Numbered from the stretch's first letter, positions 39,010 through 48,573 are shown. The stretch: 64,000 nt of DNA from Silanimonas sp. (GCA_027532825.1 JAPZTL010000027.1:3674-67673); one strand, 5' to 3'. Made by a program: numbers and translations. The notes: a model not told the origin generated them from the letters alone.

Positions 39010-40708
39010 CGTCAGCCTGATCGCCATGCTGGCCGCCGCCTTCGGCGGCGCCCTCGTCCTCGGCTACCTCGCGCATCGCGTCGGGCTTCCGGCCATCGTC
39101 GGCTTCCTCGCGGCCGGGGTCCTGATCGGCCCGCACACGCCGGGCTACGTCGCGGACGCCAAGCTGGCCATGCAGCTCGCCGAGATCGGCGTGATGCTGC
39201 TGATGTTCGGCGTCGGCCTGCACTTCTCGCTCGACGACCTCAAGAGCGTCCGGCGCATCGCGCTGCCCGGCGCGCTGCTGCAGATCGGCGTCGCGGTCGC
39301 GATGGGCATGGGCCTCGCCGCATGGTGGGGCTGGTCGCCGGGTGCGGGCTTCGTGTTCGGCATGTGCCTCTCGGTGGCCTCGACCGTCGTGCTGCTCAAG
39401 GCGCTGGAGGCGCGCGGCCTGCTCGACGGTGGCGACGGCAAGATCGCCGTGGGTTGGCTGGTCGTCGAGGACCTCGTCATGGTCCTCGTGCTCGTGCTGC
39501 TGCCCGTGCTGGCGCCGCTGCTCGCCGCGGACGGCCCCGGCGACGGGATTCCCGAGGGCCTGTGGGCGACGCTGGGCACCACGCTGCTGAAGGTCGCCGC
39601 CTTCTTCGTGGTGATGCTGGTGGTCGGGCGCCGCCTGCTCCCCCGCTTGCTGTGGTGGGTCGCGCGCACCGGCAACCGCGAACTGTTCACGCTGGCGGTG
39701 ATGTCGGCGGCGATCGGCGTCGCCTTCGGCGCGGCGGCGCTCTTCAGCGTGTCGTTCGCGCTGGGCGCGTTCTTCGCCGGCATGATGATGCGCGAATCGG
39801 CCTTCAGCCACCGCGCGGCGGAAGAGTCCCTGCCCTTCCGCGACGCCTTCGCCGTGCTGTTCTTCGTTTCGGTCGGCATGCTCTTCGACCCGGCGGTGGT
39901 CGTCGAGGCCCCCGGCAAGCTGCTCGCGGTGGTCGGCGTGATCATCGTCGGCAAGACCATCGCGGCGATCCTGCTGGTGCGGCTGCTGCGCTACCCCTGG
40001 CGCACCGCGCTGACGGTGGGCGTGAGCCTCGCCCAGATCGGCGAGTTCAGCTTCATCCTCGCCGGCCTCGGCCTGGCGCTGGGGCTGGTCGACGCCACGG
40101 TGATGAGCCTCGTCGTCGCCGGCGCGGTGATCTCGATTGCCCTCAACGGCGCGCTGTTCTCGCTGGCGGAGCGGCTGAAGCCGCGCCTCGCGGCACGCGA
40201 CGGCGCCGCGACGGGCCCCGAGCAGGACCTCGCAGACCCGCTGGCGGTGCTGCCCGACGCGGTCCCGGCGCAGTCGCTGCGCGGGCACGTGGTCATCGTG
40301 GGGCATGGGCGGGTCGGGGCGCAGCTGGGCGACGAACTCGCCGCAGCGGGACGCGCCCACGTGGTGGTCGACAGTGACCGCGCGCGCGTCGAAGCCCTGC
40401 GGGGCAACGGCCGCGCGGCGGTCCTGGGCGACGCCACGCGACCGGAGGTGCTCGTGCAGGCGCACGTCCAGCACGCCGCGGCGCTGGTGGTCGCGACGCC
40501 GGATATGCTGGCCGCCCGGGCCATCGCGCAGACCGCCCGCCAGCTCCGCCCGGCGCTGCGAGTCTTGGTGCGCACCCACAGCGCGGAGGAGGCCGAACTG
40601 TTGGAACGCCAGCAGCTCGGGGAGGTGTTCTACGGCGAGCGGGAGCTCGCACTGGGCCTCGCCCGCCGGCTGCTCGAGGCGCCGGCCAACGACGCCGGCG
40701 GCGCCTGA
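38999..40708 (+). CDS. CPA2 cation:proton antiporter with TrkA-N domain (YbaL/KefB-like)
   Basis: LAEIGVMLLMFGVGLHFS, WLVVEDL, QIGEFSFIL, VIVGHGRVG. Confidence 0.92.
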   Translation: MPHDVSLIAMLAAAFGGALVLGYLAHRVGLPAIVGFLAAGVLIGPHTPGYVADAKLAMQLAEIGVMLLMFGVGLHFSLDDLKSVRRIALPGALLQIGVAVAMGMGLAAWWGWSPGAGFVFGMCLSVASTVVLLKALEARGLLDGGDGKIAVGWLVVEDLVMVLVLVLLPVLAPLLAADGPGDGIPEGLWATLGTTLLKVAAFFVVMLVVGRRLLPRLLWWVARTGNRELFTLAVMSAAIGVAFGAAALFSVSFALGAFFAGMMMRESAFSHRAAEESLPFRDAFAVLFFVSVGMLFDPAVVVEAPGKLLAVVGVIIVGKTIAAILLVRLLRYPWRTALTVGVSLAQIGEFSFILAGLGLALGLVDATVMSLVVAGAVISIALNGALFSLAERLKPRLAARDGAATGPEQDLADPLAVLPDAVPAQSLRGHVVIVGHGRVGAQLGDELAAAGRAHVVVDSDRARVEALRGNGRAAVLGDATRPEVLVQAHVQHAAALVVATPDMLAARAIAQTARQLRPALRVLVRTHSAEEAELLERQQLGEVFYGERELALGLARRLLEAPANDAGGA

Positions 40709-40709
40709 C

Positions 40710-41123
40710 TCACTCCTCGCTGAAGGCCACGACCTTCATCGTGAAGCGGCCGAAGACCTTGCCCTCTTCGCCGCTGCCCAGCGAGGCGACGCGGATTCGG
40801 TAGACGCCGTCGACCTTGGTCTCGGCAACCGCGAGCGGATCGAAGTTGCCGTCGGCGCGGTCGTCGTTCTCGATGGCCTGCGAACGATCGGGGTTGAACA
40901 CGGTCACCTTGGCGTCGAAGTCACTGGACTTCACCGAAACGATCAGGAACTGGCCCGCCTTGGCCTCGACGCGGTAGTCGCGGCTCACGCCCTGGTCGGA
41001 CGTCGGTGCGTCCTCGGCGGTGAGCTGGCCTTCGACGGTCTGGCCGATGCGGACCAGGGGGGCCTCGGCGGAGGCGACGAGGGGAAGGAGGGCGAGTGCG
41101 GAAGCGAGGACGGTGAGGCGCAC
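40710..41123 (-). CDS. small exported protein, PPC-like beta-sandwich
   Basis: GTG start, signal peptide, GQLT.ED...D.Y..EAKAGQ...V.SSDFDA...ENDD...G.YRIRV pattern. Confidence 0.7.
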   Translation of the reverse strand: MRLTVLASALALLPLVASAEAPLVRIGQTVEGQLTAEDAPTSDQGVSRDYRVEAKAGQFLIVSVKSSDFDAKVTVFNPDRSQAIENDDRADGNFDPLAVAETKVDGVYRIRVASLGSGEEGKVFGRFTMKVVAFSEE

Positions 41124-41226
41124 GGGGGGCTCCGAGGGCGCGCGCCGGGATGGCGGGCGTGAGGCCAGTGTAGAGGCCACGCTCGGTCGCCGGGCCACGA
41201 CGGCCCGGCGTCCCCTCGGATGCAGT

Positions 41227-42111
41227 TCAGCCGGCCGGCTTGCGGAAGCGCAACGTCATGCGGTCCGACTCGCCGATGGCCTCGTACTTCGCCTTGTCAC
41301 CGCCCTCCGGCACGTCGAGGGTCGGTGGCAGGGTCCATACGCCGTTCGGGTGGTCCTTGGTGTCCTTCGGGTTGGCGTTGATCTCGCTCCTCGCCTCCAA
41401 CACGAAGCCCGCAGCCTCGGCCAGGGCGATGACCTGCGCCTCGCTGACATAGCCGTTGATCTGCTCGCGCGGCACGTCGGCGTTGGCGCGGTGCTGCTCG
41501 ACGCCAAGCACGCCACCCGGCTTCAGCACGTCGAAGAACGCCTTCATCTGACCCTCGGCCTGGCCGTTGCGCATCCAGCCGTGCAGGTTGCGGAAGGTCA
41601 GCACCGCGTCGGCCGAGCCCGGCTCGCCATAGACGGGGGCCGTGGGATCGACTTCGCGGAGCACGACCGCGTCGAACTGGGCGGGCGCCGCAGCGAGGCG
41701 CTCGCGCAGCTTGACGTTGTCGCCGGTGAAGTACTCGCGGGCGCGCTCCGAAGCGGCCTTGGCCGGGTCGTTGATCGCCGCGACGTAGGTGCCGCCGCCC
41801 TGCTTGATCCACGGGGCGAGGATCTCGGTCCACCAGGCGCCGCTGCCAGGGCTGATTTCCACCACCGTCATGCCCGGCTGCAGGCCAAAGAAGGACAGGG
41901 TCGGACCGGGGTGGCGGAAGCCATCCCGCGCGACGTTGGCGGGCGTGCGCCATTCGCCAGCGATCGCGGCATCGAGGGCGGCCTTGGCCTGCTCGTGCGC
42001 GTCGTGTGCGGCGGCGTCGGCCGGCTTGGCGTCGCCGCCGTGGTTGTGCGCGAAAGCGGCGGGAGCGGCGCAGGCGGCGGCAAGGGCAAGGGCGAAGAGG
42101 CGGTGGCGCAT
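41227..42111 (-). CDS. class I SAM-methyltransferase-like protein with signal peptide
   Basis: RDGFRHPGPTLSFFGLQPGMTVVEISPGSGAWWT, DAVLTFRNLHGW, GESDRMTLRF; N-terminal MRHRLFALALAAACAAPAAFA. Confidence 0.85.
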   Translation of the reverse strand: MRHRLFALALAAACAAPAAFAHNHGGDAKPADAAAHDAHEQAKAALDAAIAGEWRTPANVARDGFRHPGPTLSFFGLQPGMTVVEISPGSGAWWTEILAPWIKQGGGTYVAAINDPAKAASERAREYFTGDNVKLRERLAAAPAQFDAVVLREVDPTAPVYGEPGSADAVLTFRNLHGWMRNGQAEGQMKAFFDVLKPGGVLGVEQHRANADVPREQINGYVSEAQVIALAEAAGFVLEARSEINANPKDTKDHPNGVWTLPPTLDVPEGGDKAKYEAIGESDRMTLRFRKPAG

Positions 42112-42280
42112 GGACGAGGCTCCGGGTGGCTGTGGCGTGAAGGGTGCGCAGACCCGCGTTACGGGCGTGGCAAGGCGCACCCTGTTCGCCGAGGCTGGAC
42201 GCCGCTTCGACCACTCGACGACGCCCACGACGGGGCGGACGCGCTAGTCTCGGGCTCCAACACCGCCCGACGAGCGCCTC

Positions 42281-42727
42281 GTGCCCGTGCCTCCCGACCG
42301 TCCTTCCGGACCCTTCCGCGCCCACGGCGACATCGAGGTGCTGAAGGACGGCTCGATCATCCGGGCCGCTGGCGCGGGCCCCTTCAATGTGGAAGCCGTC
42401 GCGGCCTACGCGCAGCAAGTGGCGCGACTGGTCGCCGGCGTCGAGCCCGGCGGGCGGTTCGTGGTGATCGCGCGGATGAGCCGCAGCATCCTCGCACCGC
42501 CCGAGGCGTGGGCCGCGCTGGAAGCGAGCATCGGCAGTCGAAAGCGCGGCCCGTCGCGCCAGGTCGGTGCCGCCTGGGTGAAGGAGGGCGAGGTCGAGGG
42601 CTGGGCCCTGATGCTGCCCAGGGTCAACGCGATCTACCGCGCCATCGACGTGCCCTTCCGCGGCTTCGACGACGAGGCCACGGCGACTGGATGGGCCCTG
42701 GACGTGCTCGGCGGCCGCGAGCCCTGA
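42281..42727 (+). CDS. hypothetical protein, STAS/SEC14 (SpoIIAA-like) fold suspected
   Basis: GC3-rich ORF; the C-terminal F.DE..A..W pattern resembles SpoIIAA-like small proteins; inference. Confidence 0.55.
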   Translation: MPVPPDRPSGPFRAHGDIEVLKDGSIIRAAGAGPFNVEAVAAYAQQVARLVAGVEPGGRFVVIARMSRSILAPPEAWAALEASIGSRKRGPSRQVGAAWVKEGEVEGWALMLPRVNAIYRAIDVPFRGFDDEATATGWALDVLGGREP

Positions 42728-42743
42728 GGCACCGCTCGATGCG

Positions 42744-43445
42744 TCAGTACGGTGGACGGGTGCGGCGGCCGACCGAGTAACAGGCGCAAGCCGCGTGCTC
42801 CAGACGATCCCGATCGAGGATCAGCAGCTCGCCGCGGGAGTAACGGATGATGCCGGCGCGATGCAATCGGCCTGCCGCAATCGTTACGGCGCTTCGCTGC
42901 ACACCCAACAGTCCCGCGAGGCGCAGGTGGGTGAAGCGGAGCTCCGACTCCCCGACCCGATCCTGCGCCCGCAGCAACCACAGTGCCAAGCGGGAAGGAA
43001 GCGAGTGGAAGCGGGTGCAGGGAACGGCCCGCGCGACCTGCGCGAAAAGCTGGGTCACCGCGCGGTCGACCAGCCGGCGAAGGATCGCGTTGGCGTCGAG
43101 CTCGGCGCGGAATCGAGGAACGCCGATCCGCCACGCACGACCGCCGACGAGGACGACGGAGCGCATCGCGGACGGTGCAACACCCAAGGCCAGCATCGCA
43201 CCGTCGACACTTTCGCGGCCGATCACGGCGACTTCGAGCGCCTCATGCCCACCCACCTCGGCAAGCACCCCGATGAGTCCGGCCTGCGGGAAGTGCACCT
43301 GCGCATGGCTCCGCCGGGCGAAGACCAGACGCTCGTCGACAACCAGTTCGACGTCGTCGCACTGCGCGAGGAACCGCTCGCCGAGGGCGCGAGGCAGTTG
43401 GCCCAGCAGGGCGTTGCCACGATTCGACGGTTTCAAGATGGCCAA
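42744..43445 (-). CDS. Crp/Fnr-family regulator (divergent copy)
   Basis: NALLGQLP, cNMP-binding-like domain (EVAVIGRE), RFHSLPSRLALWLL, HTH FTHLRLAGLLGVQRSAVT, ACACY; TTG start. Confidence 0.85.
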   Translation of the reverse strand: MAILKPSNRGNALLGQLPRALGERFLAQCDDVELVVDERLVFARRSHAQVHFPQAGLIGVLAEVGGHEALEVAVIGRESVDGAMLALGVAPSAMRSVVLVGGRAWRIGVPRFRAELDANAILRRLVDRAVTQLFAQVARAVPCTRFHSLPSRLALWLLRAQDRVGESELRFTHLRLAGLLGVQRSAVTIAAGRLHRAGIIRYSRGELLILDRDRLEHAACACYSVGRRTRPPY

Positions 43446-43757
43446 GCGCGTCTCCTCGAGGGCGTCGGCAGACGCGCTCTCTCAGTCGTCGCAGGCGCCA
43501 CGCAACGGCAGGGGAACCGGAACCACCCGCAGCAATGGATGGGCGAACTCGCCATCAGGGCTCATCGAATCGGCCCCAGGCTGCTCCACCGGCTCCGACG
43601 GACGCCACCGGGCGTCTTTCGATGGCAGCGGAGCGCTGGGGACGAGGAACAACGCTCCTCCCGATCGCCGGGACAAGGCACGTTCCGCACGGGAACGCGC
43701 TGGCGATGTCCATAGGTCGTCATTCGGCCTGTCCCGGCGTTCGTGGAGGACACGACG

Positions 43758-44129
43758 TCACACCTTGTGACGTGCGAGGAAGCGGGCCACCTGGCCGTCG
43801 GCCTCCGAGCGCTTGACGCCGTAGCGCTTCTCGACGAGCGACGCGAGATCGGCCGCCTGGCCGTTGGTCTTCAGCAGTTCGTCCGCGCTGATCTTGGTCC
43901 ATTCCGCGCGCGCTGCACCCACCTGGGTGCTCCAAGGACCGCGCCCGCCTTTCGACTTCGCGGTGATGTCGGACGGCTGGCCCATCAGGGCATCGTCGCC
44001 CTTGGCCGCAGTCGGGGCTGCGGCGGCGGCATGGGAGAGGGCCTCGCCATCGGGGAGATGGAAGGCCGGCGTGGGCTGCGGCATCGCGCCCTTGGCGGGG
44101 ATGTCATGCGTGTTCTTTGAGGTGGTCAT
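43758..44129 (-). CDS. CsbD/YjbJ-like general stress protein with N-terminal extension
   Basis: C-terminal half W.TQVGAARAEWTKISADELL...LVEKRYG...EAD.QV..F matches the CsbD pattern. Confidence 0.75.
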   Translation of the reverse strand: MTTSKNTHDIPAKGAMPQPTPAFHLPDGEALSHAAAAAPTAAKGDDALMGQPSDITAKSKGGRGPWSTQVGAARAEWTKISADELLKTNGQAADLASLVEKRYGVKRSEADGQVARFLARHKV

Positions 44130-44220
44130 GGGGGGGATCTCGATGGGGGTTCCCGTGCCGGGAGGCGGCGGGCCGGCATGGGCCGGACATCGAGACTGCG
44201 CTTCCCGTGGAAGAACATCG

Positions 44221-44234
44221 GTGCGCTACGCCAC
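44221..44234 (-). promoter_or_regulatory. Crp-like box upstream of the csbD-like gene
   Basis: GTGGC-GTAG-CGCAC on the minus strand, 22 nt before hexamer CAGTCT (44198-44193). Confidence 0.6.
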
Positions 44235-44260
44235 GCAGCAATGATCGACGACGCTCTCGC

Positions 44261-45001
44261 TTAGCGGGCGAACTTGGGCGGCGCGCTCGAAGGCACGTAG
44301 TGCAGCAAGCGGTCGTACTCGTGCTTGACGACGGCGTAGCACTCGCAGCAGCGCGCTTCGAGGCCCGGGCGATCGAGCACGGTGATGTGGCCACGGCTGT
44401 ACTCGATCAGCCCCTGCTTCTGCAGCTTGCCGGCCGCTTCGGTCACGCCTTCGCGGCGCACGCCCAGCATGTTGGCGATCAGCTCCTGCGTCATCTGCAG
44501 CACGGGGCCGTCGAGGCGGTCGATCGACAGCAGCAACCAACGGCAGAGCTGCTGATCGATGGAATGGTGGCGGTTGCACACCGCCGTCTGGGCCATCTGC
44601 GTGAGCAGGGCCTGCGTGTAGCGCAACAGCAACAGCAGCAGATCACCGTGGCGGTTGAACTCCTCCATCAGCACCGGGCCGGCGAGGCGATACGCCCAGC
44701 CCGCGCTCTGCACGACCGCACGGCTGGGCGTGCTCGCGCCGCCCATGAACAGCGCCACGCCGACGATGCCTTCGTTGCCGACCACCGAGATCTCCGCGGA
44801 GGCGCCGTCCTCCAGCACGTAAAGCAGGGAAACGATGCTGTCCGTGGGGAAATAGGCGTATCGCATCGCGTCGCCCGGCTCGTAGAGCACCTTCCCCAGC
44901 GGAAACGGCACGCGCTCGAGTTTCGGAAACAGGCGCTGCCGTACCTCACTAGGCAGGGCGTCGAGCAGGTGGTTCCGTTCGGGCGAGGGGGCGTTGGGCA
45001 T
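44261..45001 (-). CDS. Crp/Fnr-family transcriptional regulator
   Basis: NHLLDALP, YFPTDSIVSLL, EISVVGNEG, NRHHSIDQQLCRWLL, HTH MTQELIANMLGVRREGVTEAA, CECYAVVK. Confidence 0.95.
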   Translation of the reverse strand: MPNAPSPERNHLLDALPSEVRQRLFPKLERVPFPLGKVLYEPGDAMRYAYFPTDSIVSLLYVLEDGASAEISVVGNEGIVGVALFMGGASTPSRAVVQSAGWAYRLAGPVLMEEFNRHGDLLLLLLRYTQALLTQMAQTAVCNRHHSIDQQLCRWLLLSIDRLDGPVLQMTQELIANMLGVRREGVTEAAGKLQKQGLIEYSRGHITVLDRPGLEARCCECYAVVKHEYDRLLHYVPSSAPPKFAR

Positions 45002-45037
45002 GCCGTCCGAGCATACGCCGCCGCCTTCACGGCCTAT

Positions 45038-45051
45038 GTGTGGTAGCGAAC
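45038..45051 (-). promoter_or_regulatory. Crp-like box at the crp-family gene's own promoter
   Basis: GTTCG-CTAC-CACAC on the minus strand, 22 nt before hexamer TATGCT (45015-45010). Confidence 0.6.
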
Positions 45052-45061
45052 ACAGGCGTGT

Positions 45062-45075
45062 GTGTGGCGCCGCAC
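45062..45075 (+). promoter_or_regulatory. Crp-like box upstream of the entericidin operon
   Basis: GTGTG-GCGC-CGCAC; the hexamer 22 nt downstream (GATGCC) is a weaker -10 match. Confidence 0.5.
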
Positions 45076-45131
45076 CGACGCTACGGCGGATCCGACGGAT
45101 GCCGGCGTCCCCTCGACCCGCGGAGCGTGCC

Positions 45132-45332
45132 ATGAACCACCGAACCCCCCGACCCCGGAACGTCCTCCTGATCGGCATGGCCTTGATCGCCATGCTGGTG
45201 CTGGGCGCCTGCAACACGATGCGCGGCGTCGGCAAGGACACCGAAGCCGTCGGTGAAAAGATCCAGGACGAAGCCGAGCAGCACATGGATGACGATGAGA
45301 AAGACGACCGCCGCGAAGGAGCCCCCCTGTGA
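45132..45332 (+). CDS. entericidin A/B family lipoprotein
   Basis: LGACNTMRGVGKD...GEKIQ, followed by an acidic tail. Confidence 0.85.
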   Translation: MNHRTPRPRNVLLIGMALIAMLVLGACNTMRGVGKDTEAVGEKIQDEAEQHMDDDEKDDRREGAPL

Positions 45333-45787
45333 AAACGCCCCTGATCCCGATGATCGGCCTGGCGCTCGTGCTGACGGTCGGATGCCAGAAATCCCCATCA
45401 GACGCCGCCGACGACCTGGCCGCCGAGCGCGCCAAGGCCAGTGATGACATCGCCGAGGCCCGCGACGAAGCGGCGGTCTCCATGGAGGAGGCGGACGAGG
45501 CCCTCGTCGATGCGGAACAGACGCGCGACGAGGCCGTGGTCGACGCGCAGGACGACATGGGCTCTGCGACCGCGGACATCCTGGCCGAGAGGGCGGAAGC
45601 CAACTACACCCTCGCGACCAAGGAAGCGGACGCCCGCGCCCGGGTAGCCATGGAGAAGTGCGAAGCCCTCAGCGGCGTCGACCAGACGGCGTGCAAGAGC
45701 GAGGTCGACGCAACGCGTGCGGTGGAGGAGACACGAGCCATTGCCGACCGCGATGCCGCGCTGGCGGAGGCGAAACGCCAGGACTGA
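45329..45787 (+). CDS. acidic helical lipoprotein of unknown function
   Basis: GTG overlaps the ecn stop (GTGA); lipobox LTVGC; C-terminal EKCEALSG...ACK Cys pair. Confidence 0.75.
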   Translation: MKTPLIPMIGLALVLTVGCQKSPSDAADDLAAERAKASDDIAEARDEAAVSMEEADEALVDAEQTRDEAVVDAQDDMGSATADILAERAEANYTLATKEADARARVAMEKCEALSGVDQTACKSEVDATRAVEETRAIADRDAALAEAKRQD

Positions 45788-45891
45788 GGGAACGACCGGC
45801 GGCGGATGGCCACTGCCGGTGCCATCGGACGGGGCCCTTTGCCGGGCCCCGTCGTCGTTGGCGGTGCGGTCATGCCGTGCACGAGACCCTC

Positions 45892-46155
45892 TCAGCCGCC
45901 GATCCAGCGCCTCGCGATCAGGCCCAGCAGCGGAGCAAGACCGAGCTTCCGCGCCGGCGACCACATCCGGATCGCCAGCAGCAGGGCGAGCAGGCTCACG
46001 ATCGGATGGCGCCGGGCCAAGGCCAAGCCGTCCATGACGCGATCGGCCACGTGCAGCGGGCCCGAACACTGGACGCACTGCACGGCAAGTTGGATGCGCT
46101 GGGTCTGGGCCAGCGCCGCGAGCTCTCGCCGACGAACCGCCACGGCCGTCGTCAT
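45892..46155 (-). CDS. YqjK-like protein
   Basis: RRRELAALAQTQRIQLA N-terminus with hydrophobic C-terminus; third gene of the elaB-yqjE-yqjK-like trio, overlapping by 4 nt. Confidence 0.6.
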   Translation of the reverse strand: MTTAVAVRRRELAALAQTQRIQLAVQCVQCSGPLHVADRVMDGLALARRHPIVSLLALLLAIRMWSPARKLGLAPLLGLIARRWIGG

Positions 46156-46562
46156 GGCGGCGACGCGCGCAGGATGGCGTGGTCCTTGCCCAACTCCTCG
46201 AGCGTGGCGGCGAACCAACGCGGCGCGCGGCGAATGCGCTCCAAGGCCACGGCCACGGCGGCCGCCCCGAAGAGCAGCAGGACGAAAGCCGCGCCGACGA
46301 GCACGGCGACCCGGTCTTCGCTGGCGACGGCGAGCACGGCGGCGGCCAAGCCGGCCGCGACGGCCAAGCCGAACGCGAGCAATGCGGCGACCCACCACGA
46401 CAACACAACGATCAGGCGCCACAGGGCCTGGTCGAGGTCGACTTCCATCAAGGCGAGCCGCGTTTGTGCGATCGCCACCATCGTGGCCGCGAGGTCCGCC
46501 AGCGCGGCCATCAGGCCGCGCCGACGGGGGGGGGATGCGCCGCCCGCGGCCACCTCGCTCAC
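46152..46562 (-). CDS. YqjE-like (Actinobacterial holin-X/phage holin family) membrane protein
   Basis: QTRLALMEVDL, two TM segments, PRWFAATLEELGKD. Confidence 0.8.
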   Translation of the reverse strand: MSEVAAGGASPPRRRGLMAALADLAATMVAIAQTRLALMEVDLDQALWRLIVVLSWWVAALLAFGLAVAAGLAAAVLAVASEDRVAVLVGAAFVLLLFGAAAVAVALERIRRAPRWFAATLEELGKDHAILRASPP

Positions 46563-46918
46563 CGGCGCCGCAACAGGAAGCCCATCAGCAGGCCCACGCC
46601 GGCACCGATGCCGATGGCGGTCCAGGGATGCTGGTGCACGTAGCGGTCCGTGGCCGTGGCCGCGTCACGGGCCTGCGCGGCGACGGCCTGCTGGGCGTCG
46701 GCGATCCTCAGGTTCGCGGCGCGCAGCGAATCGCGCGTGCGGGCGCGGATGCCGTCGAGGGCTTCGCCGCCGTGCTGCGCGGTGGCCTTCAGCAGGGCTT
46801 CGGCGTCCGACATCGCGGTGCGGACATCGGCGATCAGCGGTTCCATCGACAGCGACGGTGCGCTGCGGTCGGGAACGATGCCACTGGACTTGTCGAGGGT
46901 CTTTTCGAGGGGATTCAT
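46559..46918 (-). CDS. ElaB/YqjD/DUF883-family membrane-anchored ribosome-binding protein
   Basis: DAEALLKAT...TDRYVHQHPWTAIGIGAGVGLLMGFLLRRR. Confidence 0.9.
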   Translation of the reverse strand: MNPLEKTLDKSSGIVPDRSAPSLSMEPLIADVRTAMSDAEALLKATAQHGGEALDGIRARTRDSLRAANLRIADAQQAVAAQARDAATATDRYVHQHPWTAIGIGAGVGLLMGFLLRRR

Positions 46919-46949
46919 GGGGACACTCCTGGGGGGAAGGAAACGAGGT

Positions 46950-47096
46950 TCATACCCGCTGGCCGCGCAGCAAGCGGATGACGATGATCACGACGGCGAC
47001 GACGAGCAGCAGGTGGATCAACCCACCCATCGTGTAAGCCGTGAAATAGCCCAGCGCCCAGAGAAGGACGAGCAGGACGGCAATGGTTTCGAGCAT
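46950..47096 (-). CDS. lmo0937-family small membrane protein (48 aa, not in the ORF track)
   Basis: Manual translation MLETIAVLLVLLWALGYFTAYTMGGLIHLLLVVAVVIIVIRLLRGQRV; GGAG upstream. Confidence 0.85.
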   Translation of the reverse strand: MLETIAVLLVLLWALGYFTAYTMGGLIHLLLVVAVVIIVIRLLRGQRV

Positions 47097-47170
47097 GGCG
47101 GCGGCTCCGGGTGGCGTGATCGATCGATCACGAGGAGGGCTGAGGATGCGCCGCGGGCTCGCGGATGACG

Positions 47171-47184
47171 GTGCGGTGCCGCAC
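47171..47184 (-). promoter_or_regulatory. Crp-like box upstream of the lmo0937-elaB operon
   Basis: Perfect GTGCG-GCAC-CGCAC, 22 nt before hexamer CATCCT (47148-47143). Confidence 0.65.
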
Positions 47185-47188
47185 GCAG

Positions 47189-47220
47189 CAAAAGAAACGG
47201 GGCGCTTGGAGCGCCCCGTT
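47189..47220 (-). terminator. Rho-independent terminator of icd
   Basis: 11-bp stem AACGGGGCGCT/AGCGCCCCGTT followed by UCUUUU on the minus strand, about 27 nt after the icd stop. Confidence 0.85.
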
Positions 47221-47247
47221 CCGGTGTCGCGATGTCGGCGTTTCCGA

Positions 47248-48573
<1,326 letters not shown>

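Noticed and set aside
43482-43676. 64-aa ORF in the crp-csbD gap
   Set aside because: No motif, weak codon bias and no clear RBS; cannot be supported
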